The notes beneath the pieces are model-generated. The model had not been told where the DNA came from, ran no database searches, and saw nothing but the letters and a program-made list of their open reading frames with translations. DNA of 64,000 nucleotides, taken from IMG/VR virus record IMGVR_UViG_3300043399_000596; one strand, given 5' to 3'. This document shows positions 48,291-56,372 of the stretch, one piece after another. This stretch comes from a virus. Taxonomy: Duplodnaviria > Heunggongvirae > Uroviricota > Caudoviricetes. The stretch's first letter is position 1. Each line of letters starts with the position of its first letter. A program made the translations under genes and the position numbers.

Positions 48291-48716
48291 ATGGCGTATG
48301 TTAGTCAAGACCTGAAAAAGCAACTGGTCCCTGCTATCAAAGCAGTGCTGAAAAAGTACGGTGTCAAGGGTACTATCGCTGTTCGCAATCATTCTACCCT
48401 GGTTGTCAACATCAAGTCGGGTCCTATTGACTTTATTGAAAATTTCATCCAAACCGATGCCGACAGCAATATCGGTCGCAAAATGGATCAATCTCAAATT
48501 GACTACATTCGGAAGAACCAATCTCTGGATGTGAATCCTTACTGGTACAAGGAACACTTCTCTGGTAAGGCTAAGGCTTTCTTGTCTGAACTTTTGCCCG
48601 TAATGAACAATGGCAACCACGATAATTCCGATATCCAAACTGACTACTTTGACGTAGGTTGGTACGTGGATGTGAACATTGGTAAGTGGAACAAACCCTA
48701 CATTTTCTCTAATTAA
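48291..48716 (+). CDS. hypothetical protein
   Basis: SD 'caggagttaacaaATG'; preferred over the antisense ORF 48150..48638. Confidence 0.5.
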   Translation: MAYVSQDLKKQLVPAIKAVLKKYGVKGTIAVRNHSTLVVNIKSGPIDFIENFIQTDADSNIGRKMDQSQIDYIRKNQSLDVNPYWYKEHFSGKAKAFLSELLPVMNNGNHDNSDIQTDYFDVGWYVDVNIGKWNKPYIFSN

Positions 48717-48725
48717 GGACTAATC

Positions 48726-48863
48726 ATGCAACAATTCCGTATTCGAATCTTCCTGACTGAATCTCAATTTACCGATACTGTGATTATGGCTGAAAACTGG
48801 TTTACTGCCCAGGCGATTGGTCAAGGTCAAAGCCCGGTCGGTAAGGCATTGCTTCTTAACTGA
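48726..48863 (+). CDS. small protein (45 aa, below track cutoff)
   Basis: SD 'taaggactaatcATG'. Confidence 0.3.
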   Translation: MQQFRIRIFLTESQFTDTVIMAENWFTAQAIGQGQSPVGKALLLN

Positions 48864-48882
48864 ATTTTGGTAACATCTATGG

Positions 48883-48918
48883 TTGACAAAAATAACTGTA
48901 GGTGTTATCATTATAACT
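48883..48918 (+). promoter_or_regulatory. sigma70-type promoter (TTGACA-17-TATCAT)
   Basis: 'TTGACAaaaataactgtaggtgtTATCAT'. Confidence 0.5.
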
Positions 48919-48966
48919 ATGTCGTAAGACATATTTTTCATCAACCTAGCTATTAAAGGAAACATC

Positions 48967-49362
48967 ATGGCTAATCAAACTTTCAAAGTTGCAGGTATTA
49001 CTACTCATAACGGTAATTCTAAAGTTCGTTTCACTGACGACCTCATCCGTCGGGTGAAGCAATTCACAAAAGGTGGTGCGACACGCATCGACCTTATGGA
49101 ACTTCCCAGTGAGATGACAAAGGTAGAGGCATTGCAATATATGCAATCTCATGCTGATTTTTCTAGCGCAGAAGATCAGGCACTTATTGCTGACGCACTG
49201 GAAGATCGTCAGAAAACCGCAAATAAGGGCGTAGTTAAAGTCAAGGCTACCAAAACAGCTAAGCCCAGCATTGAAGCTATCAAGGCTCGTGGTAAAAAGA
49301 AAGAAGTCACCGCAGAAGAAATCGTTGCGGCAGCTGATCTCCATAATGTAGATCCTGCATGA
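48967..49362 (+). CDS. hypothetical protein with Lys-rich C-terminus
   Basis: SD 'aaaggaaacatcATG'. Confidence 0.45.
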   Translation: MANQTFKVAGITTHNGNSKVRFTDDLIRRVKQFTKGGATRIDLMELPSEMTKVEALQYMQSHADFSSAEDQALIADALEDRQKTANKGVVKVKATKTAKPSIEAIKARGKKKEVTAEEIVAAADLHNVDPA

Positions 49363-49556
49363 TGAAAGTGTCCGACAAACTCTCTAAAGTCAGCGACAGC
49401 CTGACTGTCAACATGTACGACAACGGTTACATGGTTGAGGTGTCAGGCCGCAATGACGACGGTGATTGGGCTACTGCAAAAGTACTTTGTTCTACTTTAG
49501 ATGAAGTCAATGCAGTTATCAAAGAGGTCGCAACTGAAATTACTCGGGATAGTTGA
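49359..49556 (+). CDS. hypothetical small protein
   Basis: ATGA overlap. Confidence 0.4.
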   Translation: MMKVSDKLSKVSDSLTVNMYDNGYMVEVSGRNDDGDWATAKVLCSTLDEVNAVIKEVATEITRDS

Positions 49557-49557
49557 T

Positions 49558-49776
49558 ATGCTACTTACTACTTTTCGTCGGAAATTAGTTCAGCGCAGAG
49601 ACTTTGATCCTTCTAACCCCGAAGATTTGAAAGAACTTAAGTATTTCAAAGATAACGGTAAATGGAGAGCGTCATGCCCTTTTTATCTAGAGGATCCGTA
49701 TGTTGAAGTGCCCGCGATGTGCGAGGGTAAGTTTACAACTTACATGCTTGACAAGTTAGTGAAAAGTAAGAAATAA
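49558..49776 (+). CDS. hypothetical small protein
   Basis: Internal Met right after the upstream stop. Confidence 0.4.
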   Translation: MLLTTFRRKLVQRRDFDPSNPEDLKELKYFKDNGKWRASCPFYLEDPYVEVPAMCEGKFTTYMLDKLVKSKK

Positions 49777-49801
49777 AAAAGCCCCTTAAGGGGCTTTTTT
49801 T
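49775..49801. terminator. bidirectional rho-independent terminator between the convergent early (+) and late (-) blocks
   Basis: 'aaaaaagccccttaaggggcttttttt': perfect GC hairpin flanked by A-run and T-run. Confidence 0.75.
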
Positions 49802-50636
49802 ACCACGTTGAAAGTGCCGCTCGTTTCCATGTATTGGTTGCAATACATATATAAACATAGGTACTGTCATATGCAATTTGTCCAGCAGTTCCGGTGTCTG
49901 ATGCTGTTGTAGGTACTGTGCTACTAATAGTCACATTCCCCCAATTCATTATACCATTACCGTCTTGTGTTAAGAATTGACCTACTGAACCTGCAGTATT
50001 GGGTAATTGCCAAAGTATGTAGGACGACCCGATGCTATTGGGACCCTGAAATGCAACAAATTTAGAGTTATCTGTTACTGTGTTTAATTTCAAGTAACCA
50101 GTATTTGCAATTACAGCAGAATTTGAGAAAGTGCCGTCTTTCATTGCTGTCGTACCCAGAGTTGCCGAAATGTTACCGGCAGTAAGGTTACCTACACTTG
50201 TGATTGTTCCAGTGGAATAAACGTTTCCTACGTTAGCTGTTCCAGTAACATTTGCGTTACCGGTAGCACTAATGCTGCCAGTAACAATAATATTACCTGT
50301 TAAAGTAAGATTAGAAGTTGTTTTATTGAATGTTAGGTTAGAGTTTCCAGCAAGACTTCCACCATCGTTAAATTGAACTTGTGTGTTTGCCCCGCCCGCA
50401 CTTGCTGAGTCAGCTCCCCAACTTAGCACACCTGAACCGTTTGTTTTTAACACTTGACCAGCACTTCCTCCGGTAATTGTAATATTACCTACGGCACCTA
50501 AATTTGCGCTAACGGTTACGTTTATGTTACCGACATTACTTATGTCTGAACCACCTAATTCTAAACTATCAGCAGACGGAAGTTCCTTAATCACGGATGA
50601 ACTTGAATCTACTACTAATGGGTATCTATTTGCCAT
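49800..50636 (-). CDS. tail fibre-like repeat protein
   Basis: Gly/Asn/Thr/Ser-rich quasi-repeats 'GNANVTGTANVGNVYSTGTITSVGNLTAGNISATLG'. Confidence 0.55.
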   Translation of the reverse strand: MANRYPLVVDSSSSVIKELPSADSLELGGSDISNVGNINVTVSANLGAVGNITITGGSAGQVLKTNGSGVLSWGADSASAGGANTQVQFNDGGSLAGNSNLTFNKTTSNLTLTGNIIVTGSISATGNANVTGTANVGNVYSTGTITSVGNLTAGNISATLGTTAMKDGTFSNSAVIANTGYLKLNTVTDNSKFVAFQGPNSIGSSYILWQLPNTAGSVGQFLTQDGNGIMNWGNVTISSTVPTTASDTGTAGQIAYDSTYVYICIATNTWKRAALSTW

Positions 50637-50659
50637 TTTTTTATCCTTTTATATATTTA

Positions 50660-52000
50660 TCAACTCAATGAAATCTGAACAAGGGCACCGGTACGAGTTT
50701 CCAAAGTATACTTTCTTAGGACTACATCAGGTGGTGCAGAGACTGTACTTACTCCATCACGCAATGTGATAGTAAGATATTGGACTGGGATAGTTTTCCA
50801 TCCTAATGTCTGGGTACTAGCGTCCGCCGTAACTCCCAAAACTTGATAAATTGTTCCTGGTGAATCGGGAACATAAAAACTACTATCTTCTATCACTGAA
50901 GGTGTTACAAATGAGACAGAATTACCAGAAGAATTTAAAAATCTTACAGCACTGTCATCACCTACAATATTCAAAGTGTCCGATACATTTACGTTTGATG
51001 TAATATTCGCATTTCCCGAGATTTCAATATCAGTAAATGATGCGGCGTTGGGTGTATTATCACCTATGATACCGTCAAAATAACCACCTATATTTGCATT
51101 TAGTGTAGTAATATTGGCAGCATTAATTGTTGCTGTTCCGGTGACTTCAAAATCTACAGTCTCAATATATGAATTTGCAGTAAACGTATTGGCTACAATA
51201 TTACCTGCAACTTCAACATCATCGGGGATATCAATCGTAATATCACCTTCAGTTGTAACTGGTGATCCAGTAATAGTCAACGTGTTACTAGTTACATCAA
51301 TTCTAGTAACAGTGCCCAAATCACCGAAATTAGCATCGATGGTTACATTTCCAGTACTATTACTGATAGAGATATTGTTTCCTGCAGTAATAGCAGTAAC
51401 ACCAGTATTTTCAATCTCTATTGTACCACTACTTGTTATGGGACTATTTGTGATTTGTAAACCGTCACCTGTTGCTGTGATCGCCACACTAGTAACTGTG
51501 CCTATGCTCACGGTGTTTGCTATTTCAGTGATTCTACCGTAATTATCAACGGTTAGTGTTGGTGCAACATATTCCCCAGCAGCAAAAGCCGGGCCTGTTG
51601 GTATATACGGTAATTCTACATTAATCGTACCACTACTTACAATAGGAGAATCAGAAATTGTCAAAGTTTCGGAAGATAAAGCTACACTGGTTACAGTGCC
51701 GCCGGCGTTGCTTCCTCCACTAGAAGAAATTACTACATTACCATTAGAACTAGAAAGCGATATCCCAGTACCAGCAATAATGCTTACCACTCCAGTGTTT
51801 TCTATTTCTACGTTTCCAGTAGATGGATTTGTTGATATACCTATACCGGGGCTGCCGATAAAAGTGTCGTATGAACTAGCCCCATCAAATAATGTAGTGA
51901 AATTTTGTTGTATTTTAGTGAATGCTTCATAGAGAGTATCACTACCCGCAGCTTGATTTTCACCACCTATGTCGATGTTATTTTGTCCTGAAATAGCCAT
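50660..52000 (-). CDS. tail fibre protein
   Basis: 'IENTGVxxIxAGxxISxS' repeats; C-terminus 'TSDTGTAGQIAYDSTYVYICIATNTWKRAAL'. Confidence 0.6.
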   Translation of the reverse strand: MAISGQNNIDIGGENQAAGSDTLYEAFTKIQQNFTTLFDGASSYDTFIGSPGIGISTNPSTGNVEIENTGVVSIIAGTGISLSSSNGNVVISSSGGSNAGGTVTSVALSSETLTISDSPIVSSGTINVELPYIPTGPAFAAGEYVAPTLTVDNYGRITEIANTVSIGTVTSVAITATGDGLQITNSPITSSGTIEIENTGVTAITAGNNISISNSTGNVTIDANFGDLGTVTRIDVTSNTLTITGSPVTTEGDITIDIPDDVEVAGNIVANTFTANSYIETVDFEVTGTATINAANITTLNANIGGYFDGIIGDNTPNAASFTDIEISGNANITSNVNVSDTLNIVGDDSAVRFLNSSGNSVSFVTPSVIEDSSFYVPDSPGTIYQVLGVTADASTQTLGWKTIPVQYLTITLRDGVSTVSAPPDVVLRKYTLETRTGALVQISLS

Positions 52001-52026
52001 ATTCTAGTACCTTAATATAGTATTTA

Positions 52027-52578
52027 TCACAAATGTCTACCCCAACGGGTGTTGATGTGAGACCAATTCATTATCTTCCAGGTATTTTCTAGATATTCTT
52101 TTTTATCAGCTAGGTAATCAAGTGTCCAGGCATGTTCCCACCAGTCAACTAAAATTAATATGTCGTCACGAACTTCATGGTTTACGATTGTCTTTATTTC
52201 ACCGGTAAACGACATATATATCCAAGCAGAACCCTGAAGTTTCAATGCTTCTTCTTTGAATACTTCTTTGAAGTCACGCCACCATCCGTACTTTCTTTTT
52301 ATAAGATTCAGTACGGGTCCGTTAGGGGTATTATTTTCTTGTGGCTTACGAAACTGTGAAAAGTAGATATTATGTAGGAAAGCGCCAGCGTAATTAAAAT
52401 CGCTGTCGCCTTCTTTGTTCTTGTAACGTTTAACATACCCCTTTGCTAGGGTATCGTAATGTAATTCTAAAGTGGCTTTAGAAAGTACCGGACTTAGATC
52501 GGTGTAGGAATATTGGAGTGGTTCTAACTCTATCTGTTTCCTTCGGGATTCTTCTAATTTCTCTACAACGTCATACAT
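52027..52578 (-). CDS. Fe/Mn superoxide dismutase
   Basis: 'LEPLQYSYTDLSPVLSKATLELHYDTLAKGYV' and 'DWWEHAWTLDY' Fe/Mn-SOD signatures. Confidence 0.8.
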   Translation of the reverse strand: MYDVVEKLEESRRKQIELEPLQYSYTDLSPVLSKATLELHYDTLAKGYVKRYKNKEGDSDFNYAGAFLHNIYFSQFRKPQENNTPNGPVLNLIKRKYGWWRDFKEVFKEEALKLQGSAWIYMSFTGEIKTIVNHEVRDDILILVDWWEHAWTLDYLADKKEYLENTWKIMNWSHINTRWGRHL

Positions 52579-52592
52579 CGTAGAGTATTTAG

Positions 52593-52808
52593 TCAGCGAC
52601 GGCGCGTGATACGACCTTTTGTCAAGTCATATGGACTAAATTCAATTTCTACCGTGTCTCCTAGTAGAATCTTAATATCATGTTGCCGCATTTTGCCAGA
52701 GATATACCCCATAATAACGTTATCTCCGGGCATCTTGACCCTGAACATTGCATTGGGTAAAACTTCAGTTACTACCCCGTCCATTTTAAAACCTTCTTCT
52801 TTTGCCAT
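52593..52808 (-). CDS. infA: translation initiation factor IF-1
   Basis: 'DGVVTEVLPNAMFRVKMPGDNVIMGYISGKMRQHDIKILLGDTVEIEFSPYDLTKGRI' nearly collinear with E. coli InfA. Confidence 0.8.
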   Translation of the reverse strand: MAKEEGFKMDGVVTEVLPNAMFRVKMPGDNVIMGYISGKMRQHDIKILLGDTVEIEFSPYDLTKGRITRRR

Positions 52809-52826
52809 TTTAAGTTTGCTTTCTCC

Positions 52827-53126
52827 TTAAGTATAATTTGCTAATGGTTGGGCCTGAAGTTTGACCCACATAAACTGTTTCATTGCTTCTTCATTTTTGG
52901 TTACATAACCGTATAAGTTTTTTGCATCCATTCTATTTTTGACTATCCTGACGCCACCACGTGAACCTTGTGCCCATACTCTCTGACTGTATGACATACA
53001 GCGTCGGATCTTAGTGAAATATTCTACACGATAGGGAATAGAGATTACACCCTTAGGGAATTCAGGAGTGTAGTCACCTTCTATCTCACAATAATAAACA
53101 GTGTTACCCATGAACTGTCTCCGCAC
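52827..53126 (-). CDS. hypothetical protein, tandem paralog of 53104..53355
   Basis: Shared C-terminus 'MKQFMWVKLQAQ' / 'MKEFMWVKLSAE'. Confidence 0.4.
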   Translation of the reverse strand: MRRQFMGNTVYYCEIEGDYTPEFPKGVISIPYRVEYFTKIRRCMSYSQRVWAQGSRGGVRIVKNRMDAKNLYGYVTKNEEAMKQFMWVKLQAQPLANYT

Positions 53127-53355
53127 TGAGTTTGACCCACATGAATTCTTTCATGTCAACTGTTGCATTGGTTATATAGCGATGTTTGATAAACCAAACT
53201 GTACCTTCGTGTTCCATCCATGCTCGGTCACTGTGTTGTAGGTATAAAATTCGGTGTCTCGGAATAGGGGAGTTATCTACCCCATGCGAAACAAAATACT
53301 TTCTCCCGAATTTCGGGATAGCACAACCAGCGATTTCAAAGTATACATCAGCCAC
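53104..53355 (-). CDS. hypothetical protein, tandem paralog
   Basis: See 52827..53126. Confidence 0.4.
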   Translation of the reverse strand: MADVYFEIAGCAIPKFGRKYFVSHGVDNSPIPRHRILYLQHSDRAWMEHEGTVWFIKHRYITNATVDMKEFMWVKLSAETVHG

Positions 53356-53749
53356 GGCGCATCCTAGAGATATCTACAGCTTGCTCGGGGGAGAATACGG
53401 GTACAGCATTACCTTTGTGCATAGTAGCAATGCCTAGAACTTTGTCGCCGGTGTAGACTTTATGAACGGCAGCAGTAGAACCGCCCTCAGTTACACGGCT
53501 AGGAATGTGATTGGTTGTAGAACGACCTGCAGGCGCAGATAGTTTGTAGGTCAGTGGCTCAGCAGCCATAGCACGTTTGCGTTTCTTTTCGTCAGCTTCA
53601 ACGCCCCACTTTTTCTGTAGTTCGGCCCATGATGCATCAAGTTCACGTGCCTTACGTGCCTCGTCAGCATTGCGAAACTTTTGTTTACCTTTACGCTTGC
53701 CGCCCAGAGTTAGGGCAGGGTGTGCGAGGTGCATGGTCATAGATAGCAA
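53348..53749 (-). CDS. hypothetical basic protein
   Basis: ORF track; candidate TTGACA-17-TATACT promoter just upstream on the minus strand (~53770-53801). Confidence 0.4.
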   Translation of the reverse strand: MLSMTMHLAHPALTLGGKRKGKQKFRNADEARKARELDASWAELQKKWGVEADEKKRKRAMAAEPLTYKLSAPAGRSTTNHIPSRVTEGGSTAAVHKVYTGDKVLGIATMHKGNAVPVFSPEQAVDISRMRRG

Positions 53750-53815
53750 TCCATAGTTAGAAACATATTGATAGTATATACGCCATTACTTTATTTGTCA
53801 AGTACTACTCAAGTA

Positions 53816-54178
53816 TTACTTTTTGAGTATGCCCCAAACCTTCTCTTTTTCAATTAATTCAGCTTCAAGCTCCATGTAGGCTTTGCGTAGACCACGCAAG
53901 TTCTCCCACTTTTCTTCTAGCTCCTCGTTGGGTCTGAGAATTGCCAGTCGTTCTTCGATTCGTTCTAGTGATTCTGCTATGTCTTTGCCGCCGACTTTGA
54001 GATTGCCGGAAATGTCGGCATTTCCATTAACTTGCAATGTGTTACTTATTTGAGTTAGTGAGGTTGCAGTATTCATTACCCCAATATCATACGCATATGA
54101 AGATCCAGTAGCACCTGCGGAAATAGTATATGTATCAAAACCGTTAGCAGTATTTGTATAATCTATGTAGCTACTCAC
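53816..54178 (-). CDS. hypothetical protein (fibre-like N-terminus, coiled-coil C-terminus)
   Basis: ORF track. Confidence 0.4.
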   Translation of the reverse strand: MSSYIDYTNTANGFDTYTISAGATGSSYAYDIGVMNTATSLTQISNTLQVNGNADISGNLKVGGKDIAESLERIEERLAILRPNEELEEKWENLRGLRKAYMELEAELIEKEKVWGILKK

Positions 54179-54360
54179 TTGTTAGCCTTTCTAATGACAT
54201 AATTACCCTTATCATCTAAGTCAAATTCTACTTCATCACCCTCTTTCCAATCTAGTGCAGCAAGTAGTGCAGGTGGTATTGGTAACAATAAATCACCAGA
54301 ATCCTCGTCTTCTTGTACGGTAACTTCGTAGCTGATGTATTCGGTATTGTGCTTAGTCAT
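54175..54360 (-). CDS. AbrB/MazE/SpoVT-family swapped-hairpin domain protein
   Basis: 'LLLPIPPALLAALDWKEGDEVEFDLDDKGNYVIRK'. Confidence 0.5.
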   Translation of the reverse strand: MTKHNTEYISYEVTVQEDEDSGDLLLPIPPALLAALDWKEGDEVEFDLDDKGNYVIRKANK

Positions 54361-54364
54361 AATT

Positions 54365-54919
54365 TTAAATATTTATGTACGGACTATATATTCGTTCTAA
54401 TTCTTTTATAGTCAATTCTGCGGAATTAGGCACTTCAGATTCATCTTCATGTTTAACAGGAATACCGCCGGCGTCTGTCCATTTCTGAATATAAGGCCCG
54501 AAATCATCTACTAAAACGTTAGGTTTATCGTCAGTGATTGCGTACTGAAATTTTTTGCTAGTAAAAATGGCTTTATTGCTTGTTCCGGGAACATGAATGT
54601 CTAACCAATCTTTCTTGGCTTTCTTACTGTATTCAGCGTAAGGTCCGCGCAGAGGTGCAGATAAAATTGTGAAGGGGATATGATGTTGGTTCAACCACTC
54701 AACTATTTTTTTACCACCGGGTAAAGGCTTCAAGTTTAGGAAGAATTTGTATACTTCATCGGGGCTGCTGTGAGCTAATTCTTCGATTTCTTTTTCCTTA
54801 TCAGCGATTGCTCTCCAATGCGTGACGTTATGTTTTTCTGCCCAAGCTCCGAAGAAATCTGCTTGGACCCCATCCATATCTAGATATAAATGCGGAATTT
54901 TGTCGTGTGCGTTTTTCAT
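54365..54919 (-). CDS. HAD-superfamily 5'(3')-deoxyribonucleotidase
   Basis: 'LYLDMDGVQADF' DxDGV nucleophile motif of the NT5C family. Confidence 0.6.
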   Translation of the reverse strand: MKNAHDKIPHLYLDMDGVQADFFGAWAEKHNVTHWRAIADKEKEIEELAHSSPDEVYKFFLNLKPLPGGKKIVEWLNQHHIPFTILSAPLRGPYAEYSKKAKKDWLDIHVPGTSNKAIFTSKKFQYAITDDKPNVLVDDFGPYIQKWTDAGGIPVKHEDESEVPNSAELTIKELERIYSPYINI

Positions 54920-55279
54920 TTATCCTTCACCAGCTGCTGCTGTTTTTTCATCATCAGGGTCAACTTTTTTGTGAGTCATTGCTTTTTCGAATTTGTCTTT
55001 GGCTTCTGTCTCAACTTTTACTTGTTCCATAACTCGGTCAGATTCAATAATCTTACCACGTAAATGCAAGACTGTGTTGACTTTTTGGTTTAGTCTAATC
55101 AAGTCATTATCTAGCATTCGTATACGGTCTATAAGGGCAATAAGCACAGTGTTTGCTTCACTAATAACAGGCTTGACTTCTTTCGTACTCCACTCCCATA
55201 CATACTTGATAATATAGCCCATGCCCACTGACATAACTATAGGGAAACCATATTTGTTAATTAGTTCTACTACATCCAT
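54920..55279 (-). CDS. small membrane protein (holin-like), paralog of 55460..55786
   Basis: 'GFPIVMSVGMGYII...LDNDLIRL' vs 'GFPIAVALAGGYFV...MNHDVIRI'. Confidence 0.4.
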   Translation of the reverse strand: MDVVELINKYGFPIVMSVGMGYIIKYVWEWSTKEVKPVISEANTVLIALIDRIRMLDNDLIRLNQKVNTVLHLRGKIIESDRVMEQVKVETEAKDKFEKAMTHKKVDPDDEKTAAAGEG

Positions 55280-55463
55280 CTTCTACTCCCTTTAATATAA
55301 ATTCTTCTAGTTTGTCTACTTTTTTAAGATACCGCTTACCATCAATTATTACAAATTTAAAATAATCTCCGTCTTCCCAACCGAATTTTGCAAGATTCAA
55401 TTCGTCATCAAATGTGATACCCCAATCTTCTATATCCCAATCAAAATCTAAATGTTTCATCAA
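55257..55463 (-). CDS. hypothetical small acidic protein
   Basis: ORF track. Confidence 0.35.
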   Translation of the reverse strand: MMKHLDFDWDIEDWGITFDDELNLAKFGWEDGDYFKFVIIDGKRYLKKVDKLEEFILKGVEDGCSRTN

Positions 55464-55786
55464 TCACGCCTTGCATCGTTCTTACCATCTGAGCGGGCAA
55501 TACGATCTACGTCGGGCTTCAAACCTAAAGCGTTACTTACGATTGTGTCGATTCGGATAACATCGTGGTTCATTGTTTTTACTCGGTTATCTAAAGCAAC
55601 AATAATGCCCTTCATTCCATTGATACTACCCAAAACTCCTTGTAGAAGTAACTTTATAGTTAAGTATACAAAATAACCACCCGCCAATGCAACTGCTATG
55701 GGGAAACCCAAATCACCTATTAGTTTAAAAACATCACTCATAATACACCTCGTATGTAGACTGCTATATACTTTGATATAGGTCAA
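55460..55786 (-). CDS. small membrane protein (holin-like)
   Basis: TM segment 'LIGDLGFPIAVALAGGYFVYLTIKLLL'. Confidence 0.4.
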   Translation of the reverse strand: MTYIKVYSSLHTRCIMSDVFKLIGDLGFPIAVALAGGYFVYLTIKLLLQGVLGSINGMKGIIVALDNRVKTMNHDVIRIDTIVSNALGLKPDVDRIARSDGKNDARRD

Positions 55787-55823
55787 TTAAATATATATTG
55801 ATATATTTATCAGAGGCGCCTCA

Positions 55824-56369
55824 ATGAAACCAAGAATTATAATAGGCTTTCTTATGATGATGATTACGGCAGCTATTGCTGCACCATTGGGTGATTATCA
55901 GTTCAAAAGCCCATCATTTAACGGACAGGGATACAGTTCCCACACCCTAACGATTTATAACCTAGAACAACAAGCCGAAAAAGCTCGTGCTGACGCCGTA
56001 CAGGCTGCAATAGATAAAGCAGCATCAGCGCAAAATAGCACCAATTTACTGAAGTTCATAAACAACTTAGAAAGTCGTATATACGCACAAATTTCCCAAA
56101 ACGTAGCGACTGCTATGTTTGCTAACAATCAATGCAATACGTCAGATGCTACTACTAATTGTTCCGGGCAGATAAATTTCCAAGGAAATTATATTGGTTG
56201 GAGCAGAGTCAGTGACGCTAGTAACTGTGTAGGATCTCCAAATGGAACTTGCATTTTAATGAAAATCGGTGATAATACCGCTACTAACCCAGCAAGTGCA
56301 TTATGCACAGATATAGGAATGAGTTGTATATACATTCCTTTGTCTAGTTTTCAAATACCGGGGAACTAA
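55824..56369 (+). CDS. csgF: CsgF-like curli assembly protein (secreted)
   Basis: Signal peptide then 'DYQFKSPSFNGQG', matching the CsgF N-terminal 'TFQFRNPNFGGNP' CsgG-plugging motif; 'LLKFINNLESRIYAQISQ' ~ 'LDNFTQAIQSQILGG'. Confidence 0.5.
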   Translation: MKPRIIIGFLMMMITAAIAAPLGDYQFKSPSFNGQGYSSHTLTIYNLEQQAEKARADAVQAAIDKAASAQNSTNLLKFINNLESRIYAQISQNVATAMFANNQCNTSDATTNCSGQINFQGNYIGWSRVSDASNCVGSPNGTCILMKIGDNTATNPASALCTDIGMSCIYIPLSSFQIPGN

Positions 56370-56372
56370 TGT

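Noticed and set aside
48150-48638. 162-aa minus-strand ORF overlapping 48291..48716
   Set aside because: The plus-strand gene has the conserved promoter at 48228 and a good SD. The minus ORF has neither and would run into the promoter.
51114-51932. Plus-strand ORFs (51114..51542, 51696..51932) inside the tail-fibre gene
   Set aside because: They are antisense to a long repeat-rich gene and hydrophobic or low-complexity as expected for spurious frames.
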